Shown: positions 1 through 10,064 of the stretch, piece after piece
How positions within the stretch are numbered: the first letter of the stretch is position 1
Layout of the letters: each line of letters starts with the position of its first letter
Assembly: GCA_963805625.1 (NCBI GenBank)
Contig: CAWDVE010000004.1
Location: forward strand, 64,001 to 128,000
From: an uncultured Candidatus Rokubacteria bacterium
GTDB taxonomy: Bacteria > Methylomirabilota > Methylomirabilia > Rokubacteriales > DASRDR01
Direction: 5' to 3'
Length of the DNA: 64,000 nt
Program-made: the position numbers and the translations under genes
The notes under the pieces: model-generated
Told to the model about the DNA's origin: nothing
Seen by the model: the letters and a program-made list of their open reading frames with translations, nothing else
Databases searched by the model: none

Positions 1-243
1 TTCCCGTCGCCGTTCTTCCGGAACATGCCGACCGGGATTGTCGTGGAGTCCATGGAGGATGAAAAGGCGGTCGAGAAGCGCGTCACCCCCTCGATGAAGG
101 AAGCGTTCAAGGAGGAGCTCCTGCACTTCGCCGAGTGCGTGCGCACTGGCGCGCGCCCGATCACGACCCCCGAGGAGGCGCGCGGCGACGTGGCGCTGCT
201 CCACAAGATCTTCCACGGGATCAAGCGCCCGTTGATCGGATGA
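1..243 (+). CDS. C-terminal fragment of a Gfo/Idh/MocA-family oxidoreductase (5' partial)
   Basis: Frame 1 is open from the window start. It ends AFKEELLHFAECVRTGARPITTPEEARGD, a typical Gfo/Idh/MocA C-terminus. Confidence 0.75.
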   Translation, partial: FPSPFFRNMPTGIVVESMEDEKAVEKRVTPSMKEAFKEELLHFAECVRTGARPITTPEEARGDVALLHKIFHGIKRPLIG

Positions 244-358
244 GCCACGGGTCGCCGCAGGCCGCCACAGGCCGAAGGCCGTCCGATCAAGCCGTCCGAT
301 CGGCCGTCACATCAATGCGTTCGATCAGACTCAAGGTGGAGCGAGGGTAGCCCAGTGA
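240..358 (+). repeat. Dispersed RRPS mini-ORF element, copy 1 (one base missing relative to the copy at 31812-31916)
   Basis: Reads ATGAGCC...GCCACAGGCCGAAGGCCGTCCGATC...AGGGTAGCCCAGTGAG and is homologous to 31812-31916(-) and 35098-35205(+). Its ATG overlaps the upstream TGA and its TGA overlaps the downstream GTG. Confidence 0.8.
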
Positions 359-1152
359 GACTGCGGGCGGAGACGCGCGCCGCCATCGCCGCGGCCCGGG
401 CCGCGGGGCAGATCCTCGACCGGTGGTTCGGCCGGGTGGGGCCGGTCCGGCTCAAGAGCGTTCGGGATCCGGTGACACGCGCGGACGGCGCGTCCGAGCG
501 CGCGATCCGGCGTCTCCTGGGTCGGCGCTTCCCCGCGATCGGGTTCCTCGGCGAGGAGGGCGGCACGGTGGCGACGGGGCCGGACGGACGCTGGATCGTC
601 GACCCCCTCGACGGCACGATCGCGTTCGTGGCAGGGCTGCCGACGTTCGGCGTGTCGATCGCGCTGGAGCAACGCGGGCGGCTCGAGGTCGGTGTGATGC
701 TGTTCCCGCGCCTCCGGGAGCTCTTCGTGGCCGAGCGGGGCCGGGGAGCCTGGCTGAACGGCCGGCGGATCCGGGTGACGCGGACGACGGACATGGCCCG
801 GTGCGTCATCTCCCTGTGGCACGAGCCCGGTCTCTGGCGGGACGCCCGGATGCGCGCGCGCGTGGCGCGCATCGGCGCGGAGGTCCGGAGCGTGGCCATG
901 GTCGGCGCCTGCTTCTCCCTCGCGTACGTCGCCGCCGGACGTCTCGACGCCTACTGGGAGCGGCAGGCTCATCCGTGGGATGTGGCGGCGGGGGCGCTGC
1001 TCGTCCGCGAGGCCGGCGGCCGCGTGACCGGCGGTGCCGGTCAGCCCTTCGACGTGGACGAAGCCACGATCGTCGCGTCGAACGGCCGCATCCATGGCCG
1101 GATGGTCGCGCTCTTGAACGGCCGGCGTCCACCGGCCCGCGGGGCCCGATGA
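355..1152 (+). CDS. Inositol monophosphatase family protein
   Basis: Motifs [12 protein letters not shown] and WDVAAG. Confidence 0.9.
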   Translation: MRLRAETRAAIAAARAAGQILDRWFGRVGPVRLKSVRDPVTRADGASERAIRRLLGRRFPAIGFLGEEGGTVATGPDGRWIVDPLDGTIAFVAGLPTFGVSIALEQRGRLEVGVMLFPRLRELFVAERGRGAWLNGRRIRVTRTTDMARCVISLWHEPGLWRDARMRARVARIGAEVRSVAMVGACFSLAYVAAGRLDAYWERQAHPWDVAAGALLVREAGGRVTGGAGQPFDVDEATIVASNGRIHGRMVALLNGRRPPARGAR

Positions 1153-2246
1153 AGGGGGGCGGCGCCCGGGTCCGACTCGACGCGATCTCCAAGCGCTTCG
1201 GCGCCACGGTCGCCGTCGACTCCGTCTCCCTCACCGTCGAGCCGGGCGAGTTCCTGACGCTCCTCGGACCCTCCGGCTGCGGGAAGACCACGACGCTCCG
1301 CATGGTGGCGGGACTCGAGGAGCCGACCTGCGGCCGCGTCCTAATCGACGACGAGGACGTGACGGACCAGCCGCCTCACGCCCGCGACATCACCATGGTG
1401 TTCCAGAGTTACGCGCTGTTCCCGCACCTCACGGTCTTCGAGAACGTCGCCTACGGGCTCCGTGTGCTCCGGCGCCCGGCCAACGAGGTGCAGCGACGCG
1501 TGATGGAGGCGCTGACCCTGGCGGGCATCGGGGATCTGGGTGCCCGCCAGCCCGCGGCGCTGTCGGGCGGCCAGCAGCAGCGGGTGGCGCTGGCCCGGGC
1601 TCTCGTGCTCCAGCCGAAGGTGCTCCTGTTCGACGAGCCGCTCTCGAACCTCGACGCCAAGCTCCGGAAGCGGATGCGCGACGAGATCCGGGCGCTCCAG
1701 CGGCGCGCGGGCATCACGGCGCTCTACGTCACGCACGACCAGGCCGAGGCGCTCGCGGTGTCGGATCGGATCGCGGTCATGGCCCACGGGCGCGTCGAGC
1801 AGCTCGGCGGGCCGGCCGAGATCTACCGGCGGCCCGCGACCCGCTTCGTGGCCGACTTCATCGGCGAGGCCAATCTCCTCCCGGTCGAGATCGAGGCGGG
1901 CGGTCCGTCTGGAGCGCAGGCGCGGCTGGGTTCGGTGGTGGTTGCCGTCCCGGACGGGGCGGGGATCGCTGGCCCCGCGACCCTCGTCGTGCGCCCCGAG
2001 GCCGTCCAGATTCGGCCCGCGGCGCTCCCGCTGTTGCCCGCCGGCGCGCTGGGCGGCCAGGTCCGGCTGGCCGCCTACCTCGGCGCCGCCGCGGAGTACA
2101 CGGTCGACACCGAGGTCGGGGACGTGGCGGTGACCGACGCGCTCATGCCGGACGGTCTCCTTCCCACGGGCGCCCGAGTGTGGCTCACCTTCTCTCCTGA
2201 CCGCCTGGCGGTGCTGCCGGCCGGTCCAGTCGAGGTGGCTTCGTGA
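1149..2246 (+). CDS. ABC transporter ATP-binding protein (PotA/FbpC-like)
   Basis: Walker [29 protein letters not shown] and a TOBE-like tail. ATG 1149 overlaps the previous stop. Confidence 0.92.
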   Translation: MKGGGARVRLDAISKRFGATVAVDSVSLTVEPGEFLTLLGPSGCGKTTTLRMVAGLEEPTCGRVLIDDEDVTDQPPHARDITMVFQSYALFPHLTVFENVAYGLRVLRRPANEVQRRVMEALTLAGIGDLGARQPAALSGGQQQRVALARALVLQPKVLLFDEPLSNLDAKLRKRMRDEIRALQRRAGITALYVTHDQAEALAVSDRIAVMAHGRVEQLGGPAEIYRRPATRFVADFIGEANLLPVEIEAGGPSGAQARLGSVVVAVPDGAGIAGPATLVVRPEAVQIRPAALPLLPAGALGGQVRLAAYLGAAAEYTVDTEVGDVAVTDALMPDGLLPTGARVWLTFSPDRLAVLPAGPVEVAS

Positions 2247-3124
2247 CGGTACCGCTGGCTCGCGGGAGATTTGGCGTGTCGGCCTGGATCTACGGGGACG
2301 CGCCGCTGTCCGAAACGCTCGCCCGCATCGCCGCGGCCGGCTACGACGGCGTCGAGCTGCCCGGCGAGCCGGACCGCTGGCGTCCCGCCGAGCTTCGTCG
2401 GTGGCTCGGCGATCACGGACTCACGCCGGTCGCGCTCACCGCTTCCTGCATGGTGCCCGACACCGAGCGCGATCTGGCGCATCCCGACCCGCGGATCCGG
2501 GGTGTCGCGGTCGACTACATCCGGCACTGCCTCGGATTTGCCGCCGAGATCGGCGCCCCGCTCGTGCAGATGATCGCCTCCGGTGAGCCGCGACTCGCGC
2601 CCATCGCGACACGGGACGCGGAATGGGCGTGGTCCGTGGCCGGCATGCAGGCGGCCGCTCGAGAGGCGGAACAGACGGACGTTAGAATCGCGGTGGAGCC
2701 GCTGAACCGTTACGAAGCGTACCTGGTGACCTCGGCAGGCGAAGCGCTTGCCTACCTCGACGCCGTCGGCTCACCCTGGGTCGGCATGACGCTCGACCTC
2801 TTCCACGCGAACATCGAGGAGCCCGACGTTGCGGCCTCGATCCGGGCGGCGGGGCGGCAGCTCTGGCACGTGCAGGTTGCCGACACGACGCGCCGGGGCC
2901 TGGGACATGGGCACCTCGACCTCGGGAAGGTCGTGGAGGCCCTGGCGGGCATCGACTACGGCGGGGCCCTGGTCGTGGAGATCATGGCACCGGGCCCCGA
3001 TCCGTTCCGGGCGATCAAGGACCACCATTCGGCCGGGATCCTCGACCGGGACATCCGGGAGTCGCTCGACCGGCTCCGGGCGCGCTGGCCCCCGCGGGCC
3101 GGCGGAGGCCCGGCAGGGAGGTGA
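2243..3124 (+). CDS. Sugar phosphate isomerase/epimerase (D-tagatose/psicose 3-epimerase-like TIM barrel)
   Basis: [23 protein letters not shown] and HVQVAD..R..G.GH motifs. Confidence 0.88.
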   Translation: MTVPLARGRFGVSAWIYGDAPLSETLARIAAAGYDGVELPGEPDRWRPAELRRWLGDHGLTPVALTASCMVPDTERDLAHPDPRIRGVAVDYIRHCLGFAAEIGAPLVQMIASGEPRLAPIATRDAEWAWSVAGMQAAAREAEQTDVRIAVEPLNRYEAYLVTSAGEALAYLDAVGSPWVGMTLDLFHANIEEPDVAASIRAAGRQLWHVQVADTTRRGLGHGHLDLGKVVEALAGIDYGGALVVEIMAPGPDPFRAIKDHHSAGILDRDIRESLDRLRARWPPRAGGGPAGR

Positions 3125-3201
3125 TCGGGACGGGACCGCGATCAAACCGCACGTGAAGCGAAAGGTCCAAGCGTGCCTGCGCGGCAGGCAGGAGGAGTGG
3201 A

Positions 3202-4335
3202 ATGCGAGGCCGTGTCCTCATCGCCGTCATCGCGAGCGCCATCCTGGCCCTGGGCGTGATCGGGCCGACCGGCCAGGCTGTCGCCGCCGAGCCGGAGCTG
3301 GTCATCGCCGACAGCCAGTCGGGCGCCAACTTCCAGGCGTACTGGCAGAAGTACGTCATCCCCTCGATCAAGCAGTCACTAGGCATCACCGTCCGGTATC
3401 TCGTGACGAGCGACGCCGAGCAGATCCAGAAGGCGAAGGCGTGGCAGCCGGGCAAGGGCGATGCCCACATCATCTTCCCCAAGTCCATGGCCGCCTGGGT
3501 CAGCTCGGGGGTGCCGCTCGAGACGCTGACGCCCGCGACCGTCCCGAACCTGAACCGCATCGATTCGAAGTTCCTCAAGTCCGACGAGGGCGTGGATCTC
3601 CAGGGCAAGGGCGCGCTCTTCTGGCGGACGTCATACGCGCTGATCTACAACTCGGCGTCCATCAAGAACCCGCCGAAGTCGTGGAAGGAGTTCTACGATC
3701 GCCGCGCCGAATTCAAGGGGCGCATCGGCATGGTGCGGCCGGACGCGAAGTCGAGCTCCGGGTGGCGCCAGCGCTACGTCTTCCTCCACGCGTTCCTCAA
3801 GGACAAGATGACGCGGCCGATGGCCGAGCTCCAGAACGATCCGGCTTTCAAGGACGCCTGGGCCAAGCTCAAGGACTTCACGCAGTACGCGAAGCTTCCG
3901 ATGCCCGCCGAGCCGCCGAACCTCTTCGAGGACTTCAACGCGGGCGAGACCTGGATCTCGCTCTACGCGCAGGACTACGCCTTGTGGTCGGCGCGGCAGG
4001 GCACGATGCCGCCGACGATCAAGGCGGTTTACCCCGAGGAGGGGGCTGACGAGATCGGGACGGGCTACCTCGCGATCCCGGCCAACATCTCGGCCGACCA
4101 GAAGGCCGCGGCCCTGCGGGTCGTGAACTACCTCCTCTCGGACGACCAACAGATCCGCTTGCTCACCACGATGTGGCAATACCCCGGAACGGACATCACG
4201 GACCAGGCGCCGCCCATCGTGTGGGAGATCGTACCGAAGCTCGACGTGCTGATGCGTACCGCGATCCCGCGGGAGCGCATCCGCAAGGATATCATCGACT
4301 ACATCAAGGCCAACGCGAAGGACCTGATCCCGTAG
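3202..4335 (+). CDS. ABC transporter extracellular solute-binding protein (PotD/YnjB-like)
   Basis: Signal peptide (AVA-AE), LIYN...PPKSWKE motif, GGAGG RBS, and position upstream of two permeases. Confidence 0.85.
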   Translation: MRGRVLIAVIASAILALGVIGPTGQAVAAEPELVIADSQSGANFQAYWQKYVIPSIKQSLGITVRYLVTSDAEQIQKAKAWQPGKGDAHIIFPKSMAAWVSSGVPLETLTPATVPNLNRIDSKFLKSDEGVDLQGKGALFWRTSYALIYNSASIKNPPKSWKEFYDRRAEFKGRIGMVRPDAKSSSGWRQRYVFLHAFLKDKMTRPMAELQNDPAFKDAWAKLKDFTQYAKLPMPAEPPNLFEDFNAGETWISLYAQDYALWSARQGTMPPTIKAVYPEEGADEIGTGYLAIPANISADQKAAALRVVNYLLSDDQQIRLLTTMWQYPGTDITDQAPPIVWEIVPKLDVLMRTAIPRERIRKDIIDYIKANAKDLIP

Positions 4336-4350
4336 CCAGCCCGATCCCGC

Positions 4351-4376
4351 GGGCGGCGGCATGATTGCCGCCGTCC
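4351..4376 (+). promoter_or_regulatory. GC-rich stem-loop between the binding-protein and permease genes (mRNA stabiliser or attenuator candidate)
   Basis: GGGCGGCGGCA-TGAT-TGCCGCCGTCC inverted repeat with no U tail. Confidence 0.45.
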
Positions 4377-4392
4377 GCGCGGTTCTGCGGAC

Positions 4393-5244
4393 ATGAAACG
4401 CGCGGGCGCCCGAGCGGAGGCGATCGTCACCGGAACGCTGCTGCTTCCGGCGGCGGCAGCCTTTGTCGGGCTGTTCTGCTATCCGATGTTCCTGACCCTC
4501 ATCCTGAGCCTTCGACCCGAGGGAGCCGACACGGGGTGGACCCTGTCGCACTACGTGGCGTTCCTGAGCGACCCGGACGGGCGAGGGGTCGTGCTGCTCA
4601 CGTTCGGCCTCGCCTTCGCGGCGACCGTCCTCTCCGTGATGCTGAGCTTGCCGGTGGCCCTTGCGCTGCGCCGTAAGCTGCCGGGGCACCGGGCCTTTCG
4701 GCTCGTGGTGCTCGTGCCGCTCGTCGTGCCCGGTCTCATCGGTGCGCTCGGGCTCCTCATCTTCTGGGGCCCGCGCGGGTGGTTCAACCTTCTGCTGACG
4801 CAGATCCTCTTCTTGCGGCCGCTCGTCGTGACCTACACGCTTCCCGGCCTGATCCTCTTCTACCTGTGGCTCTACTTCCCGTACACGTGCGTGACCACGC
4901 TGGGGGCGCTGGAGAGCCTCGATCCCGCGATCGAGGAGGCGGCGGAGGTGGCGGGCGCCGGCCGCTGGCAGCTTCTCCGGCACGTGCTCCTCCCGCTCAT
5001 CACGCCGGGGATCCTCGCCGGCTCCGTCCTCACCTTCATGGCCGCCTTCGGGGCCTTCAGCGTGCCCCTCGTGGCAGGCGGGAACTACCGGCCCCTGGCC
5101 GTGGAGATCTACAAGCAGATCTCGGTTCCCATCCCGCCCCGGTGGTCGGGCGCCAGCGCGATCGCCATCGTCATGGGCGTGGTGCAGGTCGGATTTCTCG
5201 CGTTCTACATGCGGTCGGTCCGCCGGCTCGGAGGCCGGCGATGA
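4393..5244 (+). CDS. ABC transporter permease (PotB-like)
   Basis: Multiple TM helices and the EAA loop IEEAAEVAGAG. Confidence 0.9.
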   Translation: MKRAGARAEAIVTGTLLLPAAAAFVGLFCYPMFLTLILSLRPEGADTGWTLSHYVAFLSDPDGRGVVLLTFGLAFAATVLSVMLSLPVALALRRKLPGHRAFRLVVLVPLVVPGLIGALGLLIFWGPRGWFNLLLTQILFLRPLVVTYTLPGLILFYLWLYFPYTCVTTLGALESLDPAIEEAAEVAGAGRWQLLRHVLLPLITPGILAGSVLTFMAAFGAFSVPLVAGGNYRPLAVEIYKQISVPIPPRWSGASAIAIVMGVVQVGFLAFYMRSVRRLGGRR

Positions 5245-6080
5245 GGCCGCTCGCGCGCGCGTACGGCCGAGGCCTCTGGGACGCGCGGGCGGTGCTCGGC
5301 TACACGATCCTCGTGAGCCTGACGCTCTTCATCGTCGCGCCGTTCCTGATGATCGCGCTTCGCTCGGTGGGCAAGGGGTGGTTCGGCAAGCTGTGGGTGC
5401 CGCCCCAGCTCACGCTCGAGTGGTACCGCTGGGCGATCGAGGTCGGCAACATCCCGGAGGTGCTCCGGAACACGGTGATCATCGGCGTGATCGCGGTCGC
5501 GATCAGCACCACCATCGGGCTCTTCGCCGGCTGGGCGTTCGGCCGGCGGCGTCTCCCTGGCAAGGAGCTGCTGCTGGCGGTTTTCCTGCTGCCGCTCATG
5601 ATCCCCTCGATCACCTATGCCCTCGGGGTCGCGCGGATCTTCTACGCGCTGCGTCTGGTGGATACTCACTTCGGGGTGGCGCTGGCCCACGTCGCGGTGT
5701 GCGCGCCGTACGCCATCATGGTGCTCGCGGCGACCTTCGAGGGGCTGGACGAGCGGGTGCTCGAGGCGGCGAGCGTGTGCGGCGCCGGCCCGGTCCGGCG
5801 CTTCTTCCACGTGGTGCTGCCGCTGGTGATGCCGGGGATCCTCGCCTCGGCGATCTTCACGTTCACGCACTCGTACAACGAGTTCACGCTGACGCTGCTC
5901 ACGTACGGGCCGCACACGGTGACGCTGCCCGTACGAACCTACCTGGCGGTGGGCGACGGCTACTGGGAGATCACCAGCGCGATGGCGGTGCTCATGGTCG
6001 CGCCGTCGCTCCTGATCCTCGCATTGGTCCAGCGGCGCGCACGTCCCGAGCGCCTGGTCGGCGGCTTCAAGGGGGCGTGA
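5241..6080 (+). CDS. ABC transporter permease (PotC-like)
   Basis: EAA loop LEAASVCGAG, TM helices, ATGA overlap with the previous gene. Confidence 0.9.
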   Translation: MRPLARAYGRGLWDARAVLGYTILVSLTLFIVAPFLMIALRSVGKGWFGKLWVPPQLTLEWYRWAIEVGNIPEVLRNTVIIGVIAVAISTTIGLFAGWAFGRRRLPGKELLLAVFLLPLMIPSITYALGVARIFYALRLVDTHFGVALAHVAVCAPYAIMVLAATFEGLDERVLEAASVCGAGPVRRFFHVVLPLVMPGILASAIFTFTHSYNEFTLTLLTYGPHTVTLPVRTYLAVGDGYWEITSAMAVLMVAPSLLILALVQRRARPERLVGGFKGA

Positions 6081-6081
6081 G

Positions 6082-7162
6082 GTGCCGGACCCGATGATCG
6101 AGCTTCGCGGCGTGACGACGCGCTACGGCACGGTTCTCGCCAACGACCGCCTCGATCTCGTCGTCCACCGGGGCGAGCTCCTGACGCTGCTCGGCCCGTC
6201 GGGCTGCGGGAAGACCACGGCGCTCCGGACGCTCACGGGCCACGTGCGGCCCGACGAGGGCCGGGTCCTGATCGACGGGCGGGACGTGACGGACCTTCCC
6301 ACGCACCGGCGCGATCTCGGCATGGTGTTCCAGAACTTCGCCCTGTTCCCGCACATGACGGTGCGCGACAACGTGGGCTTCCCGCTGATGATCCGCGGGG
6401 TGTCCGTCGCCGAGCGGGCCAGCCGCGTCGCGGAGGCGCTGCGGCTCGTCCGGCTGGAGGGGCACGCCGACAAGCAGCCGCGCCAGCTCTCCGGCGGCCA
6501 GCAGCAGCGGGTGGGGCTCGCCCGCGCGCTCGTGTACCGGCCGAAGGTGCTCCTCCTCGACGAGCCGCTCTCGAACCTCGACGCCAAGCTGCGCGAGGAG
6601 ATGCGCTTCGAGATCCGGGACGTGGTCACGCGCCTCGGCGTGACGGCGGTGTACGTGACTCACGACCAGGAGGAGGCGCTCGCCCTGTCGGATCGCATCG
6701 CCATCATGCACCGCGGCCGCATCGAGCAGCTCGGCACACCCGAGGACATCTACGCGCGGCCCGCATCCCGGTTCGTCGCCGAGTTCGTCGGGCCTCTCGA
6801 GCTTCCTCGAGGGCGTGGTCGAGGCGGTGGGAGAGGGCGGAATGTGGGTCGCGGTGGGCGGCGGGCAGGTGACGGTACCGACGCTGCCGGGCGCGGCGCC
6901 GGGTCGTCGCGCGCTCCTCTTCGTGCGGCCGAACGAGGTCGAGCTGCTCCCCGGTGACGCGCCGGAGGCGGCGGGCGCTCTCCGGGCGACCGTGGAGGCG
7001 GCGACGTACCTGGGGGACCGCATGGACTACCGGGTCCGTCTGGAGGGCGGGCTCGCCCTGCGCGTCCAGCAGGACGGCGGAGCGCGACTCGCGCCCGGAA
7101 CCTCGGTGCGGCTCCGGCTTCCGCCCGGCCGGGTACGCGCGCTGTCCGACGCGAGCGCGTGA
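6082..7162 (+). pseudogene. Second ABC ATP-binding protein, split by a +1 frameshift near 6790 (possibly a sequencing error)
   Basis: [16 protein letters not shown] and DEP in ORF 6082-6957. Removing one G at 6790-6792 gives EFVGLSSFLEGVVE, continuing into the TOBE-like ORF 6815-7162. Confidence 0.85.
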
Positions 7163-7179
7163 AAGGAAGGGAAAGCATC

Positions 7180-7929
7180 ATGGGCACGCCAGTCACCCGC
7201 GTCGCGAGCCTGACGATGGAGGAGCTCGCCACGGCCCTGGGAGGGGGCCGCTGGCTGCTCCTGCCGTTCGGTACGGTGGAAGCGCACGGGCCTCATCTGG
7301 CCCTCGGCGCCGACCTGATCGACGCCGCGCGGATCTGCGGAGCGGTGGCCGAGCGCGTCGGTGGGCTCGTCGCCCCGGGCTTCCCCTACGGTGTCTGCCG
7401 CACGATGCGGAACTTCCCGGGCACCGTGTCGCTGTCGGCGGCGACCTTCACGGCTGCCGTGCGCGAGGTCGTGCGCGAGTACGTCCGCCACGGCGCGCGG
7501 CGGCTCGCGCTCTACTCCGGACATGCTGAGCCGGCCCAGCTCGAGGCGTTGCGCGAGGCGGTGGTCCCGATCGCCGACGCCGAGCCTGCCGTCGAGATCC
7601 TCGTCGTCGGGCCCTACGCCTTCCTCGACGCCGTGCGCGAGGCGGCCGGGCTCACGGGCCGCGACGGGCACGCGGCGTCCCTCGAGACGTCGACCCTGCT
7701 CGCGCTCGATCCCGGCGCCGTGAGGCTCGACCGCATCCCGGACGTCCGCGAGCGCCCGCGCCTGTCCGTGTTCCGCGTGGCGGCGCACCCCGAGACGGAG
7801 TTCCCGAGGGCGGTTCGAGGCGACACGAGCCGGGTCTCGCTTGATCTCGGCCAGCGCGCGGTCGAGCACGTCGTGGCCGAGTTCACCACCCTCCTCGAGC
7901 GCGTGGCCCGGACGGGACGCGAATGGTAG
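7180..7929 (+). CDS. Creatininase family amidohydrolase
   Basis: LLPFGTVEAHGPHLALGAD, SGH and DGHAASLETS motifs. Alternative GTG start at 7159. Confidence 0.88.
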   Translation: MGTPVTRVASLTMEELATALGGGRWLLLPFGTVEAHGPHLALGADLIDAARICGAVAERVGGLVAPGFPYGVCRTMRNFPGTVSLSAATFTAAVREVVREYVRHGARRLALYSGHAEPAQLEALREAVVPIADAEPAVEILVVGPYAFLDAVREAAGLTGRDGHAASLETSTLLALDPGAVRLDRIPDVRERPRLSVFRVAAHPETEFPRAVRGDTSRVSLDLGQRAVEHVVAEFTTLLERVARTGREW

Positions 7930-8810
7930 GCCGCCCGGCTCGACGCTGGGCGGCGGCCGTGGCGGCCGGGCTCCGGGCCGCCGCCGCCGCCGTGCGGCGG
8001 ACCGATCCGCGCCGCGGCCAGCGCGTGGTCGCCGGCCGGGCCGAGGGCTACCGGCCGTTCGACCCCGAGGTGATCGGGGTCGACACGGCGGCCGAGGGCG
8101 CGGCGGTCACCGCGCTCCGCCGCGCCGGAGTTCACGGCACCCTCCTGTCGGAGGAGGCCGGCGAGCGACCCCTCCCGCGACCCCGGACGGGGGCCTGCCC
8201 GGAGCCGGTCTACGTCGTCATGGATCCATTCGACGGCAGCATGCTCTACCGCCGCGGCATCCGCGCCATGTGGTATACGGGTCTCGGCCTCTGGGGACTC
8301 GACGGCACCTCGCGGGCCGCCGGCCTCGTGGACCACATCACGGGGGAGCTCGTCCTCTCGGACGGGAGCGGAGTCCGTCGGTGGACCCGTGCCAGGACGC
8401 GGCCGGACCGGCCGCGCCCCGCCCTGACCCGCGAGATCGAGGCGGCCTTCGTCGAGGCCTACATGATGAAGCCGGCGTTTCTCTACCCGACCGCCGAGGC
8501 GCTGCGCCCGCTGCTCGACCGGGTCCGGTTCGTCTTGCCGAATGGCGGGCCCGGCGGGTTCGTCGACGTCGCCTGCGGGCGGGTCGACGTCTACCTTGCG
8601 TGGCGCGAGGCGCTGACCGAGGTGTTCTCCACCGTGGCCGTCGCCCTTGCCGCGGGATGCGTCGTCAGCGGCTGGGACGGCGCCCCGCTGGTCTTCCGTC
8701 CCGACATCAACGCGCTCCACACCGTGGTCTGCAGCGCCAACCCACGCCTGCACGCGGAGGTGCTCCGCGCGCTCGAGGGCGTCGCACCGCCCGGAGGGAT
8801 CCCCGCATGA
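7923..8810 (+). CDS. Divergent inositol monophosphatase/FBPase (FIG superfamily) protein
   Basis: VDTAAE, LSEE, VMDPFDGS, VACGRVD and VVSGWDG motifs. Confidence 0.75.
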   Translation: MVGRPARRWAAAVAAGLRAAAAAVRRTDPRRGQRVVAGRAEGYRPFDPEVIGVDTAAEGAAVTALRRAGVHGTLLSEEAGERPLPRPRTGACPEPVYVVMDPFDGSMLYRRGIRAMWYTGLGLWGLDGTSRAAGLVDHITGELVLSDGSGVRRWTRARTRPDRPRPALTREIEAAFVEAYMMKPAFLYPTAEALRPLLDRVRFVLPNGGPGGFVDVACGRVDVYLAWREALTEVFSTVAVALAAGCVVSGWDGAPLVFRPDINALHTVVCSANPRLHAEVLRALEGVAPPGGIPA

Positions 8811-9589
8811 GGTTCGGCTGCATCTGTGGCTCGTTCAACCGCTCGTTCGCCGCCGGCGCGATGGACCAGCTCCGCTTCGTCGCACACTGCAAGGACGTCC
8901 TCGGCGTCGCCGGCGTGGAGTTCCAGGACATTCACTTTCCGGAGACGCGCCCCGCGTACCTCGACCGGCTGCGCCGCGCGGCGGCGGACCGCGGCCTCGC
9001 GGTCATCGGCATCGGGATCCACAACGACTTCGGTCGTCGGGACGAGTGCCTGCGGGCGAGCGAGGTGGTGAAGGTCAAGCAGTGGGTGGAGGTCGCCGAG
9101 CGACTCGGCGCGCCCATGGTCCGGGTCTTCGCCGGGTGGCCCGAGGGAACCGCGGCCGAGCGATGGGCCGACATGATCGTGGCCCTCCGGGAGGCCTCGG
9201 CCTTCGCGCACGCCGCAGGCGTGCGGCTCGCGCTCGAGAACGAGGCGGGCTTCACGCCGTCGGTCGCGGAGCACGTCCGGATCCTGGAGGAGGTGGGCTC
9301 TCCCGCGCTCGGGCTCCTGCTCGACACGGGAAACTACCCCGCCGGATGGCTGTCCGTCGAGCAGGCGGCGCCGCGCGCGATGCACGTCCATGCGAAGTTC
9401 TGGAAGGTGGGGCCGGGCGGAGAGGAGCCCACGATGAACTATCCAGCCCTCCTGACGCAGCTGCGCCAGGAGGGCTACCCGGGCTGGATCACGTTCGAGT
9501 ACGAGGCGGCCGAGCCCGAAGCCACGGGGCTCCCGCGCGCCTTCACATACCTGCGCCGTCTCGTGGAGTCCGTCGGAGTGGCGGGCTAG
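8807..9589 (+). CDS. Sugar phosphate isomerase/epimerase family protein
   Basis: GVEFQD, VRVFAG, LALENE, LDTGNY, HVHAK and FEYE motifs. ATGA overlap at 8807. Confidence 0.85.
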   Translation: MRFGCICGSFNRSFAAGAMDQLRFVAHCKDVLGVAGVEFQDIHFPETRPAYLDRLRRAAADRGLAVIGIGIHNDFGRRDECLRASEVVKVKQWVEVAERLGAPMVRVFAGWPEGTAAERWADMIVALREASAFAHAAGVRLALENEAGFTPSVAEHVRILEEVGSPALGLLLDTGNYPAGWLSVEQAAPRAMHVHAKFWKVGPGGEEPTMNYPALLTQLRQEGYPGWITFEYEAAEPEATGLPRAFTYLRRLVESVGVAG

Positions 9590-9678
9590 CGAAACTTCTG
9601 CTCAACCCCGTCGACGCATGGAGCAGGGTCGCCGGGGTGTGCCGCCGGCTTTCCCGGAGAGGGTCGCCCGGTGAGTCG

Positions 9679-9864
9679 CTAGGCCAGCGAGGGCGTGTCC
9701 TCGCGATCAGGGCGGGGGAGCAGCGAGGACCCCTGGCGCCGATCCTCGATCACGTCGATCCAGCCAAGGTCTGCAAAGAGCTCGCGCGCCGCCTCCAGCA
9801 GGCTGCTCTGCCCGCGTGCCACGACCAGGAGTGCGCGCTCGTCCCGAGGATCGTTGTCCGCCAT
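9679..9864 (-). CDS. Small hypothetical protein (61 aa, VIEDRR motif)
   Basis: AAGGAGG RBS upstream of the ATG and a TATGAT -10 box at 9923-9928. Confidence 0.6.
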   Translation of the reverse strand: MADNDPRDERALLVVARGQSSLLEAARELFADLGWIDVIEDRRQGSSLLPRPDREDTPSLA

Positions 9865-9902
9865 GCGAACCTCCTTGCGGGTTGGTCGGCCGGCCACAAC
9901 AT

Positions 9903-9917
9903 CCAGTGTGACACTGG
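9903..9917. promoter_or_regulatory. Perfect palindrome CCAGTGT-G-ACACTGG, candidate operator
   Basis: 7-bp inverted repeat just downstream of the minus-strand TATGAT -10 box. Confidence 0.45.
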
Positions 9918-10029
9918 GCCCGATCATACGACAGGCTGGGCCTGCGAAGCCAGGGCTTTCGGACGCCGAGGCGGGGCCCGCGGAACAGGCCACCCGCGGC
10001 CCGATCGCCCCACTTCACGGCCGGCGCGA

Positions 10030-10058
10030 TTGACACCCCTCGGAGCGGCCCCTAGAGT
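10030..10058 (+). promoter_or_regulatory. Sigma70-type promoter for a leaderless transcript
   Basis: TTGACA-17 nt-TAGAGT, then 6 nt to GTG 10065. Confidence 0.75.
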
Positions 10059-10064
10059 GACAGC

